DNA of 56,650 nucleotides from Prorocentrum cordatum (Eukaryota). Position 1 is the first letter of the stretch; the number at the start of each line of letters is the position of its first letter. Below the pieces are notes generated by a model. That model saw nothing but the letters and a program-made list of their open reading frames with translations. It was not told the DNA's origin and did not search any database. Below are positions 1 to 11,800 of this stretch, one piece after another. A program made the translations under genes and the position numbers. The stretch lies in the NCBI GenBank assembly GCA_963575745.1, contig CAUYUJ010000077.1:62001-118650 (forward strand), written 5' to 3'.

Positions 1-157
1 CCTTTCTAGGCGCGTTGACTGTACCCCGATCCCCCCCTTCCAAATCCCCTCCTTTCGTCCGACCCGAACGAGGGGGGAGAAGAGAAAGGGAGGGCAGAAG
101 AGGATAGAGGAGGGGGGGAAGAGAAGAACGAGGAGGTGGCACCCAACGACCACCTTC

Positions 158-815
158 GCCATCGCCATCGCCATCACCACCACCACCACTACCACCACCA
201 CCACCACCACCATCATCAGCATCATCATCAACAGCATCATCATCACAACCACCACCAATCATCCTCATCATCATCAGCAGCATCATCAGCAGCATCAACA
301 TCAGCATGATCATCCTCATCCCCATCAAATTCCACCTCCTCCTCCTGCTCCTCTTCATCATGATCACCATCATCAGCAACAGCATCATCATCATTATCAT
401 CATCCTCATTATCATCAGCATCATCAGCATCAGCATCACCATCATCATCATCATCGCCATCCTCCTCCTTCTTCTCCTCATCCGTATCATCATCACCATC
501 ATCATCATCATCATCATCATCATCAGCAGCAACAGAGACATCGTCATCAGCAGCATCAGCATCGTCATCATCATCGTCATCGTCGTCGTGCTCGTCGGCA
601 TCATCCTCATCATCAGAAGCATCGTCACCATCACCACCACCATTATCATCAACAACAACATCATCGTCAACGTCGTCATCACCACAACCATCATAATTCG
701 CAATCGTAGTCCGCATCCTCGTGACGCTCTCCATCGCCATCATCATACCTATCATCATCAGCAGCAGCGTCAGCATCAGTACCGTCGTCGTCGTGGTCGA
801 CCTCGCTATCAGCAT

Positions 816-853
<38 letters not shown>

Positions 854-1392
854 GCATCATCAGCATCGTCATCAGCAGCATCGTCATCGTCATCATCATC
901 ATCATCATCATCATCAGCGTCATCATCATAATCAATATAAGTGTCATCATCATAAGCAGCATCATCAGCATCATCAGCATCACCACCGTATTCGTCAGCA
1001 ACACAAAACCAGAATCGTCACCGTCGTCAATATCACCATCATCATAACAACAGCAGCAGCAGCAACAGCATCATCATCAGCAGCATAAGCATCATCAGCA
1101 TCAGCATCATCGTTTGCAACATCATCATGATGATCATCGTCATCATCAGCACCATCAGCATCAGCAGCAGCAGCATCATCCTCATCATCACCGACAACAG
1201 TAATAACCTCATCAACAGCATCATCATCAGCATCATCATCGTTATAAACATGATGATCATCATCATCATCGTCATCAGCAGCAGCATTGTCAGCATCGTC
1301 ATGATCACCACCACCACCGCCACCAGCATTGCCACCATCACCATCATCTCCATCATCTCCATCAACAATATCATCAGCAGCAGCATCATCAT
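158..1392. repeat. Degenerate (CAT/CAG/CAC)n microsatellite
   Basis: Directly visible trinucleotide run; it explains the poly-M/I/D/H ORFs. Confidence 0.97.
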
Positions 1393-2034
1393 GCCCCGTG
1401 GGGCTAAGGCGGCGGCTGATGCGGCCGCCTTTGGAGCTGGAACTCGCTTGGCGCGAGAAGTCAACGTCCGAGCCCACCTTGCGCAGGGGGGGGGCTCGCT
1501 AACCCCACTTGCGTGGCCTGGGACACACTGGACGATTTACCCCCCTAGATGGAAATATAGGCTGTTCCCATCGGGTTTCGAGGGGCGTATCCCCAACCGG
1601 GGTGTTGGGGTTGTGGGGCTCGAGATCGGATGGTGATAGGGATCGGTTAAACGATACTGACTCCCTCATCCGATGATCCCAAGTCCTCCCTCATACTCCA
1701 TCATCCTCCCGCGTCCTTATTCTCCTCTTCCCTGCTCCCATGCAGCAGGCAGGGCTGGCTGCAGAAGCAGCGTCTGCCCGCCGCAAAAAAAGGTGCCAGC
1801 ACTTGAAACCATCATGACTCAGCGTACACATTCACGTTAACGCCTCCTCCCCAGACTCCCGGCGGCTCGCAAAACTCGCGGCGGCCACACGGTTGCAATT
1901 GCAAGTCTTCGGGAGCCTGCTTCGGGCACTGGGACCATCAAAAGAACTGATCGGGACGGGAAAGCCGGCCCCTGCGGACAGGGTCGAGAAGTCTGGTAAT
2001 TGATTTTAGCGTTTCCGTCTGTTCGGGCACCCGA

Positions 2035-2590
2035 CGCTCCAAGATGGGCCCATAGACCCCCAAGACCGCCCCAAGACGGCCCAAGAAGCCCCACAAGACG
2101 GCCCAAGAGGCCCCAAAAACTGTTCAAGACGGCCCCAAGAAGGCCTCAGAGACCTCCAAGACGGCCCGAAAGCGCCCACACAAAGGACCTCCAGGAGGCC
2201 AACTTCAGTGATTTGCCTATGGTAGTTTCATCGTTTTAGCGTTCTCGTCCTTTTGGGTTTCCGACGCTACAAGAAGGGCCCCCGAGCCCCCAAGATCGCC
2301 CCATGACGGCCCAAGAGGCCCGCAAGAGGCAGGTAAAACGGCCCAAGAGGGCCCAGAGGCAGCCCAAAGCCCCCAAACCGGCACCAAGACGGCCCAAAAA
2401 ACATCCAAGACGGCCCAAAAGCGGGCCTCAAGGCGGCCTCTGCAGGCCAAGGGGTCTCATAGAGGCACCCAGAGGCCCTAAGAGGTCCCCAAGAGGCCCC
2501 AGGAGAACCCAAAGAGGTTCAGAGACCCCCAAACAGCTCACAGGACGCCCTCAGGAGGCCTCAAGAGGACTTCAAGAGGGCTTCAAGAAG
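2035..2590 (+). repeat. Degenerate CCAAGACGGC/CCAAGAGGC short-unit repeat family (also ~33625-33810, 41860-42025, 49510-50145)
   Basis: Recurrent ~11-nt ccaagaNggcc units in four dispersed patches, all on the same strand. Confidence 0.8.
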
Positions 2591-5500
2591 CCTCCTCTTT
2601 ATCCTTCCCTTCCGTCTCTTCCCTCTCCTCCTCCTCTCTTCTTCTCCCCAGTGTTCCCCCGAGGGTTTCCACGACGGCTGGGGGGACACCTAGTCCAATA
2701 GCTTGACCAGACTTCGGCAGACCATTTGGCCGCTTGGGCATGTCCAGAATGCAGGGGGCGGCGGTGATTCGCCGAAGGCGTCTTAGATACTCGCCGCAAG
2801 ACGGGGGCCGCAACGATTCGAAAGCATGATCGCAAAGCCTAAACAACACCAGATACTCCCGTAGACTAGCATCTGCACGCAAACCTGGCAAGGCCCATCA
2901 TTGACCTTGGGTTAGCATTACATCGAGCCCCCCTGGCCAAGATCAGGAAGGCCTGCGCACGCTGGTCCGGGGTCCAAGATGGGCCCAGCAAATGCTGGCG
3001 AAGGCGCGTGGCTGCCCGCTTCGGACTTCCAGCCAATTCGACATTGGGACAAATTAGCATTCAATCAATGAATCACCAACTTTCCTCGCTTATGAGCCTC
3101 TGCCTCGGCATCGATGGACAAAGCCATGCGCTCCCAGCCCCGAATTCTGTAGCCACACAATCTGCCGAAGGCTCGAAGATCCACGTGAGCAACGAACGCA
3201 CAGAAGCACTACGCGCGACGGCATCACGACCTCACACGCGGTGCTTTACACGAAGCCAGCGCGGCACGCTGCAGTGGAAGCGAGGGCGCTCACGCGCGAC
3301 GTGATGTCCGCGCAGTCTGTCTTCTGCGTCGCTCATGTGATAGAGAAAAGAGAACCATGCACATACACCGATTCTGGCCAGGCCTATCCTGAGCCCAGGA
3401 TCGGTGCATACGCCCTCCTACTTTGGCTAGCAAGGTATATGCACCGATCCTGGGTTAAGGATGGGCCTTGCCAGGATCGGTGCATGTGCATAGTTCCCTT
3501 CGCCCGAATGTGAGGGCCAATCTGCGCTTCGGGAAGGAGGGCTGCAGCAGGGAGAACCTTCCGCGAGATGACGTAGTGCAGGCTGGGGGCGAACGCTGGG
3601 GCCTGGCCCACGGATCAGGCAGGCGGCAAGGGGGAAGGGAAGCTCGAGGTACAGAGAGATAGAAACAACTAGAGAAGGGAAACATAGCGTAAGTAAGCAG
3701 CTGACAGAGTTCCAATGCGAACTATTGCAACTTGCGTCCATGGTATGACAACTCCAAAAAGAAGAAGAAAAGACGGCATAGCAAACGTGAACTATCGGAA
3801 GTCGGTCCTCTCCCACCCTTCACCCCCCCACCTTGCGGGGGAACGACAGGGGGTGACCGGCTCAGGAAGGGAAACATTGCCTTGGAATCGGCGGTGCGTC
3901 GCCGACGCATCGGCGACAGGCCCTCGGTGGCGAAACCTCGCGCTCCAGGTGTCCGCGCGCCTCGAGGGGCAGACAACTGCACAAGCATCAGCTCCACCCC
4001 TCAGGACCCCCTCTTGGAACCGCCGACCACTGCCCTCTCCGGGCGCGGCGCTGGCCCGTGCCCTCTTGGGCCCCTGCTGTCCGCCTGAAGGTGCCCGCGC
4101 GCCTCGAGGAGCAGACGGCTGCACAAGCAGACACCTTCGGAACGCCGCGCGGAGCTCTCGCAGATGGGAGCCCGATCCCCTCCCCCCCCCCCCGGAGCGC
4201 GGGGCGCGCCCGGGTCGGCGCCGCCGCAGGGCTCGGGCGCCGCTCCGAGAAATCCGCGCGGACCTCCGAGAGTTCGTGTGTGCGTCTCTGCTTCTGGCTG
4301 GTCGGATCACACCGAATCCAGCTGCGCAGAGTTAGCAGATCCTCGGGCAGGCGTGTGCCGTTGTCAGTTCCCAGAGGGGCCAGAAAACGCGCGACACCAT
4401 CCCGCCGACGGCCCCACGGGGCTCAGCAGGGATATACCCGGAGCTCTGGCGAGAGTTCTCGCCGGGCAGACGCCACGACACCCGATGGGCCGCAGCGCAC
4501 GGAGGGCCGCAGGTGGGGGCGGCGTCGCTTGTTCTTGGGCCGACCCGAGCCCAGCCTCGGGGCGCGCAGGCATGGCTTGGCGATTCATGGAGTTGGCGCG
4601 CGGTCGCCAAAAATCCATGGATCGGGGGAGGTGCCCTCCCCAAGATGCGGCCGGTGCCGCCTCCTTCGGCGGCGGAAGCCCGCGCGGTTCCCCACGGCAG
4701 CGGGGCCCGTAGCCAACCCACGCCCCCCTGGATTCATGTCTGCGATCGCCTGGCAGGCGTCGTGCTGCCACGAGGGCCGTCGAGGAAGGAGCCACGGCGA
4801 GCCTCGGCCGCGGCGAGCCTCGGCCACGGGCAGCTCCCCGGGCTCCCCCGAGCCCGGGAAGAAGTCTGGGCCGGCCCGAGGGCCGAGGAGCCCCGCCCCT
4901 GGCGCCATCGCTCGGGCGTCCAGTCCCAGGTGCAGTGCTGTGATGTCGTGCGTGTATGCCTTCAGATGGTGCCCCAAGGTGCTCCTCGATCGCCGAGAAG
5001 TGCACAGGTCTGAGCGATCGTCAGCAGTGGAGAGACCCCTAACCGTTTGGGAGGGGACCTAAGTGAGGGGGGCCAAAAGCATCAGGGATAGGGGGTCTGT
5101 TCTGCTCATGTATCGGGCTAAACCGACCCAGAATCGTCATCCCCAATGCGAAGGCGGGGGCCTAAGAGAGGCCACGTCTTCGGTATGCGACATTCGGGTT
5201 CGGGGCTCTTTGATCCTCACGGAGGGCGATGCCAAAAGGCCCGAGCCCAAAGTGGTCCGCAGTGGCCCCTGCTTCAGCGTCCTGCCTGTGGCGGTGGAGA
5301 AAGCCGCAAGAATGCACGCCCCGCACCGAGATCCCTCGGGGGCAGGCCCGCCCTGGGCCTGGAGTGGGCGAGTGCGCCCCCCCTCGCTTGGCCGGGGGGG
5401 CGCTCGCACCGCGGAGGCTGGGACCGTGGACGATCGGTGCAGGAGTCGAGATTCGGTGCAGGCTTAGCAAACTTCTCAGACGGCCAGGCGACTTCCCAGC

Positions 5501-5870
5501 CTTCTAAGAAGCCTTTGCGAGAGGCGTTGGGAGAACGATAGAGAGAGAGAGCGAGGAGAGAGAGAGAGAGGAAAAAAAAACAATAAGAATAATAATGATA
5601 ATAATAACAAACAAACAAACAAAAAAAACGCTCCTCCTCCTCCTCCTCCTCCTCCTTCTCGCTTCCCCCCCCTCGCTCGCCGCCGATGGTTGCCTCAGGA
5701 CACTGGGGAGGCATGGGGTGGCCGCGGGCACCTGCGGGCGAAGGCCCGGCCCTGACGCCGCAGGCCGTGCGAGGGGGGCCGGGAGCGCGGGCGCGCAGGA
5801 GTGGATCAGCGATCCGTGGATTCGGCGCGCGGTCGCCAAGTCCATGGATCGGGGGCCCGACTGACCCCTT

Positions 5871-5995
5871 GCCGTCGCTCGGACGTCCATTTCCCGTGCA
5901 TTTTTCGGTTTCGTGCGTGTTGCTTTTGCTCGATGGTCCAGGATGGTCCTCGATGGTCCTCGCCGAGAAAAAAATGCACACGTCCGAGCGATGCC
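5871..5995. mobile_element. Short TIR element family (cgctcggacg...cgtccgagcg); other copies ~14954-15075 and degenerate ~4904-5020
   Basis: Terminal inverted repeats and a shared internal sequence between copies. Confidence 0.65.
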
Positions 5996-6420
5996 AGGAC
6001 CCATGGCTGCTGAAGGTGATCCCGAAGCCCTGCACCCCCGTCCTGCCCCCGCCGCCTCGGCCGGGCGACAAGGGGGGCGCATCGGGGGAAAGGTGAAAGA
6101 AGGTAGCACGATCTCTGATCACGGATCGGGGGAGGTGCCCTCCCCAAGATGCGGCCGGTGCCGCCTCGCTCGGCGGCGGAAGTCCGCGATTCCCTACGGA
6201 AACGGGGCCCGTCGCTAATCCACGCCCCCCTTGATCCATGTTTGCGATCGCCTGGCAGCTGGTGCCTCACCTCCAGGCCGAGCCGCACTGGTGACGCGCA
6301 CCAGGCCAACACTCAGGATGGCGGAGTTCACGAGCTTCCTGCTGAGCCTGGAGACCGAGGTCCTATGTCCTATACGCCATGGGCGAGCCAGGGGCAAAAT
6401 GGTCCTAGAGTGTACCCAGT

Positions 6421-6600
6421 TGGGGCCCAAGTAGATGGGGCTGAAGGTTCGCGCAGCATCGCCGATGCATCGGCGATGCATCGGCGATGTCGGCGATGCG
6501 TCGCCGACGATGGCGTGGAGAAAATCGGGCTCCACATCGAGCCACATCGTCAATGCATCGGCGATGCGGCGCGATCCCTCGACCACACCTGCTCGGAATC
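6421..6600. mobile_element. Hairpin/MITE-like family rich in GCATCGCCGATGCATCGGCGATGC palindromes; relatives at ~15795-15915, 41077-41270, 51400-51620
   Basis: The left arm ccaagtagatggggctgaaggttcgcgcagcatcgccgatgcat is imperfectly complementary to the right arm. The internal ggagaaaatcgggctccacatcg motif is conserved in all copies. Confidence 0.7.
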
Positions 6601-6627
6601 CATCTGGGAGGCTCAGAGCCCCTCCTC

Positions 6628-7257
6628 TCGGGCGGGTGTGAAGGGGGGCCTGACCTGAGTGGGGGGTGAAGAAAGGGCCCTTCCTTCACCCCCCATGTAG
6701 GTCAACCTCCTTGAACACCCGCCCGACCTCCTCTCGGGGATCTAGGATCCTGCAGGATCCTGCGGGATCCCGCACCCAAACCCGGGTCGGTGCGCCACCT
6801 GGCCCTGCAGCATCCTGCGAGATCCGGCGCTCTGACCGACCCCTGCTGGCAGCGACCCCCCGCTCTTGAGCCCCGACCCCTCCTCGGGGCTGCGCACACG
6901 GGGGTCCAGCGAAACGGGGGCCTGGGCCTCTCCGCATGCCCCCGTGCGCTGTGCCCCCGTCTGCGGCGCCCAGGGCCCCCCCCTGCACGGGGGCATCGCC
7001 AGACGCGGACATCGGCGTTCCCCCGCACCCCCGTCTGCTGTGCCCCCGTCTCCGGCGCCCTGACCTCCCCGCTCGGCTACACGTAAGAGTGACCCTGGGT
7101 GAGAGTGACCTTTGGTGCGCGGCTTTTGGGGGGCCGCGGGGAGGCCAAATCTAGGCGCGCTAGCCGCTGCTACCGCTTCGCGTTCGGCCATCTGGGGGCC
7201 CATCAGTGCCCGCACTAAAGGTCACTCCGGCGAAAGGTCACTCTTACGTCTAGTCGA
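6628..7257. mobile_element. Tandem chain of four short TCGG...CCGA-bounded elements
   Basis: Units 6628-6726, 6734-6876, 6884-7063 and 7073-7257, separated by cctcctc, cccctcc and cctccccgc. Unit 2 recurs at ~8495-8600 and ~39815-39930. Confidence 0.65.
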
Positions 7258-8792
7258 CCCGCTCCCCCCCCCCCTTCGAGCCCCCGGCCTCACAGTGCAC
7301 CACCGAGAAGGACGCGACCGACACCTCCAGCCCGACCCACCTGCGCAGCCCAGGGGGGTGGGGGGGGCGCAGGGCCACAGGAGGCCCCCCAGCGCCTCGC
7401 GGGCACGGCCGAGGGCGGCGGCACGGCCAGAGGAGCGGCCCAAGAGGAGGAGGAGGAGGAGGAGGAGGAAGAGGAGGAAGAAGAGGAGGGAGGAGGGAGG
7501 AGGAGGAGTAGCAGGAGGAGGAGGAGGGGAAAGGAGGAGGAGGAGGAGGAGGAGGGGGAGGAGGGAGGAGGAGGGAGGAGAGGGGCCCAGACATCGGGCG
7601 GGCCGGTGTGCAGGGGCCCTCGGGAGGCAGCAGTGGAAGCGGACCCGCATCTCGGGAGTCCCCAATGCTTGGCTTCCACGTGTCCTGGGTTCTCCCCTTT
7701 TCCCCTCCGTGTCCCGTACATTTCCAAACCGTCTCCTTGGAAGTGCGTGTGCATTGTGTCTGTGCCCGTTTCCTCCTGGTGATGCATGCAGCCCCCGGAG
7801 CCCTCTGTTTCGTCCCCCTGGTGGCATGCCCGGGTCGGTGGACCATCAGAAATGGATCCGGAAAGAAACAGATGCCCCCAGGGAATCAAGAAAACATTGC
7901 ATCGCAGGAGGATCGATGGAGGATAGGGAGGGTAGCAAGTGGGGGAAGGGAAAGAGCAGAAGAGAGAGTGAGAGAGAGAGGGAGGGGAAAGAGGGAGGAG
8001 GAATGATAACAACAACTGCCCATGATAGGGAGAGGGCGAGGGTGACGGGGGGCAGGAGGCCGCGGCGAGAGGGGAGCGGAGAGTGAGATATATATATATA
8101 TAGAGAGAGAGAGAGAAAGAAAGAAAGAAAGAAAAAACGAGAGAGAGAGAGAGAGAAGAAAACAGAAAGAGAGAGACAGAGAGAAAACCGACCAGCCCAC
8201 AGAAAAGCAGACAAAGACAAAAAAAAAAAAAAAAAAAAACGGGAAGGCGGGAAGAGTGGGACGAGAAGGGGAGGCAGAACATGGAGGAGGGAGCAGGACG
8301 AGGAGCAGCCACTCGTCCTGCCAGTGTCAAGTCGACTGCCGCTCGAGAACCACCCAGACGCGGTGGCGCCCCTGGCCAAAACGAGGGGCGCACTCCGCCC
8401 CGGGCCGCGCGCCCTGGAGGGGGAAGGCTGAGGGGCGGGCATGCTCCGTCGGGGATCCACGGACCTGGGTCAATCCACACCCGGGTCAGCCAGGCCTTGC
8501 AGGATCCTGCAGGGTCCTGCAGGATCCCGCACCCAGGCCGAGGCCAGCGCGACCCTGGCTCTGCAGCATCCTGCGAGATCCGGCGTTCTGACTGACCCCC
8601 GCGTTGACCACCGTCTCGAGGCCGCCGACCCCGAAGGCTCAGAAGGCCTCCGGCCTCCTGACAAGCTGTCGGAGCCTTCTCCGAAGCTCCGCCGCCTTCT
8701 GAGAAGGCCGGCCCCCTCATGCTCCTCCTCCTCCTCCTCCTCCTCCTCCTCCTCCTCCTCCTCCTCCTCTGCGCTCTGCGCTGCCAAGCGAT

Positions 8793-8814
8793 GCATCCCG
8801 TGACGACAAGATGC
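8793..8814 (-). promoter_or_regulatory. 3'-UTR stem-loop of the retrotransposon (candidate RT recognition signal)
   Basis: Minus strand GCATCTTGT-CGTC-ACGGGATGC forms a 9-bp stem with two G.U pairs and a 4-nt loop, just before the GCAGAGCGCAGAG(GAG)n end. Function is inferred from LINE 3' stem-loops. Confidence 0.5.
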
Positions 8815-8832
8815 CCGCACTGCACATCACCC

Positions 8833-11800
8833 TCACCGATGGAGGGGCACGGGCACGACCGCCTCCGCCTTCGGCGCGGACGGATTCTTGCCCTGCTTCA
8901 AGAGGCGCAGTGACCTCTTCTTCCATTCACCGACAGTGCGTGCCGCACACCTCTCAGCTAGGTCTTTGACCTGCTGCTGGGCGTACACGCCGCACGCCGA
9001 GCACCACAAGACTGGCCCATTGGCCCAAAGACGGTGGGTGGGGTGGGCTTTCTGGAAGACCACGGGGATCCCTGGGCACGGCAGCTGCACAAGCCGAGAG
9101 CGCGCGACCCGCCCGATCCCACAGACACAGCATCCCCACCCACCAGGAACCTGTGATGTTTGGTGACCCTTATCATCTGGAACTATTTCAAGCAGGGGGG
9201 CCTCTGAATTAACATGGGTCCTCTGCCTACGCTCCTTGATGGCCTCCACGTCTGGGTACCCTAACTTGTGCACATGCTTCAACACCTCAGTCAGGAACCT
9301 GGCCAACAGGGTCACTTGATCATGATGAAATCTGATCCTGTCACGGACGTGGAAATTCATCGGGTGCGCCTTGGCACCCTTCTTGGCCCACTCGTCTGCG
9401 AGCCTGTTCCCATGGAAAAAATGAGGCGGCACTCCATGGTTGAATGCCGCACGCCGCGACTGGTGCGCAGCAATCTTGACTACCTGGACGTTCTCTCTCC
9501 CGACATCGACGACCCTCCTCCAGATCTGTCTCCAGAGCTCCGCATACGCCTTATTTGGGTGAGTAGTGCCTGCCTCCCCAGCCTCCCACCCCTCGACGAC
9601 CATCTGACAGTCCGTACAAATCGCGATGGTGGGGCCCATGAGCGACAGGGCCATAAAAAAGGCGAAAAGCTCTGCACTGGGAACGTCCTGCACTGGAAGC
9701 GGTGACGGCCCGTACGCAATGGCCTCCACCTCCAGCATAGAAGAAACTGATGCTACTGCCCATCCTGCTCTGACCAACCATCGGTAGTCATTGTCGAACC
9801 CTGAACCATCAACACACACATATGGCCCCAGGGTTCCATCACGGTGAGGAGGATGGGCCCACTTAAATTCGGCTCCATGCAAAATCTTCGGGATGGACTC
9901 GCGGTCGCTGGGCACCAAAGCTCTCGTCCATCTAAGATCTGCCTGGGCGTTGATCCCTTGCTGCAGCAAGCGTCCCCCTGGGTCGAGATCACGCCGTAAA
10001 AGCCAGGAGCCGTCACAGCCCCATAACCTGTGGTGCACAGACCCTTCACGGGCCTTGCACCATCTGCAAAGCGGGTCCAAGCTGTATCGCTGCTTGAACA
10101 GATCTTTCTGCGTCCAGAGGCCTCCAGAAACCTGAGCAATAAGTAGGCTGATCCCAAGATGGTCCCCTCTCTTTCTCTGCTCTGCGATAACGCCTCTGAT
10201 CGGTTCCAGGAAAGGCTCCCAAGACAGGTCGTAAAACTCGCTAACCTTCTTTAAACTGAGCTGCTCGGTGGTGTCGTCTACGAGGGCCTTGACCGCACGA
10301 GGACCCAACTCGCGCAGGTCCAGACGGAGCCCCGACGAAGTGACCCAACTACACCAGGAGGTCCCTGTCCAGCCCAGCCTATTCAGCGTCTGTACCACCG
10401 CTCCAGCTGGGCCTATGACTCCACTCCAGCCTCGAGCAGCATCTCTCTTGGCCTTGTCAAAGGCCGTCTGCATCTGCGCCTCCGATGACCACTGCAAAAA
10501 TATTGCCTTGCACCACATCATGAGCGGCAAGGCGTTCGCCAGGAACGACGGGTCAACCTGCGGCACCTCTGCCAGCAAAAACTGCACTGCCCTGCACCTT
10601 CCTTTGGCTGGGCCAAAAAGCGCAGCTGCCGTCGTGGCACGCTGCTTCTGGAGTGCGGTGCTGGACATCCCCACCACCCCCACCCCATACATCGCAGCAG
10701 GCGTACCCCCTCCTCTGAAGACCTGCTGAATCGGTTTTTTCGAGAATCGGAACGCTCGATATCGTCGCACTCTGCCTCGCACAATGGCGATTCTTTTATT
10801 CGTCACCTGCCTGCCCTTGTTGAAGGCCAACTTAAAGTCTACGCCCAGGCTCTTGGCCGCGGGCACATACTTGAAACTGAACTCTCTCAAACTATGCTGC
10901 AGAGATCGGCCCACTTTGATGTCGGATGCCACCAGAATGCATTTCTTCCTGGAAACCTTCATCTCCAAGGCCTCCAAACCCCGACAAAACTGCAACGTTC
11001 CCGACACCAGTGCTTTCTTCACGAACTGCTCTGACCCCAACGCTTGGATGGTGGAATCGTCGACCATGAGCGCCAACCCAAGACGGGGCCATCTCGACAT
11101 AAACCCGTCACAAACATCTTTAAGCACTATCTTCAACAGCGTCGTCGCGAACGAGCACCCCGCGACTATGCTGCTGTTGACTGCGAAAGGGAGGGACAGG
11201 GCCTCGCCCACCTTGATGCTGCGAGGCCCACCATAAACTAAGAGGAGCACTCGTATGCGTCTGATACTAAACCCATGCCGACGGCACGAACGAAGCAAGA
11301 GCTGGTGCGTCACTCTCTCATACGCCTTCTCGAGATCAATCAGCGTGCAGGCACTCAAAAACTTGCTGGCGATAGCCGCCTCGTTGTTATTCGCTTGCCT
11401 CCATACCGCCATCTCACAGCTCCGTCCCTTCCCCCCGTACATGTACTCCTTGTGGTTCGCCTCCTCCCATCTCTCCGCCTCCCTGTGTCGCAATCTCCCC
11501 AGAACGCGCACTGGCGTGGGCAAAATACCAATAGGTCGCCGCCCACCTTCTGGTTTCTGGAGGAAAGGGAGGATGAGCAGCGCGATCTGCTCGGGAAGAC
11601 AAACGAACTTCTCCCACATGTGCAGCAGGAGACCAAATACACGAAGGCCTTCGTCACTCAGTGACTTCAAAAGTGCAGGCGGCCACCTGCAAGCCCCCAC
11701 TGTCGTGCGCCTTTTAAACTTCCCAAGAACTCGGCGTAACTCCTGGGGCTCAGGTGGCTCTGGAGGGTCATCCATGGATAACGACTGCAGAAAATCGGCC

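Noticed and set aside
243..1636. Long poly-M/I/D/H ORFs, and similar poly-P/S/L/E/R ORFs at 16320-17960, 35703-37401 and 49578-51020
   Set aside because: They are translations of (CAT)n, (CCT)n and (CT)n microsatellites, which lack stops by composition.
2680..3120. Possible degraded LINE C-terminal fragment on the minus strand (RFACR...SLREYLV)
   Set aside because: Only a vague resemblance across a frameshift; no diagnostic motif is intact.
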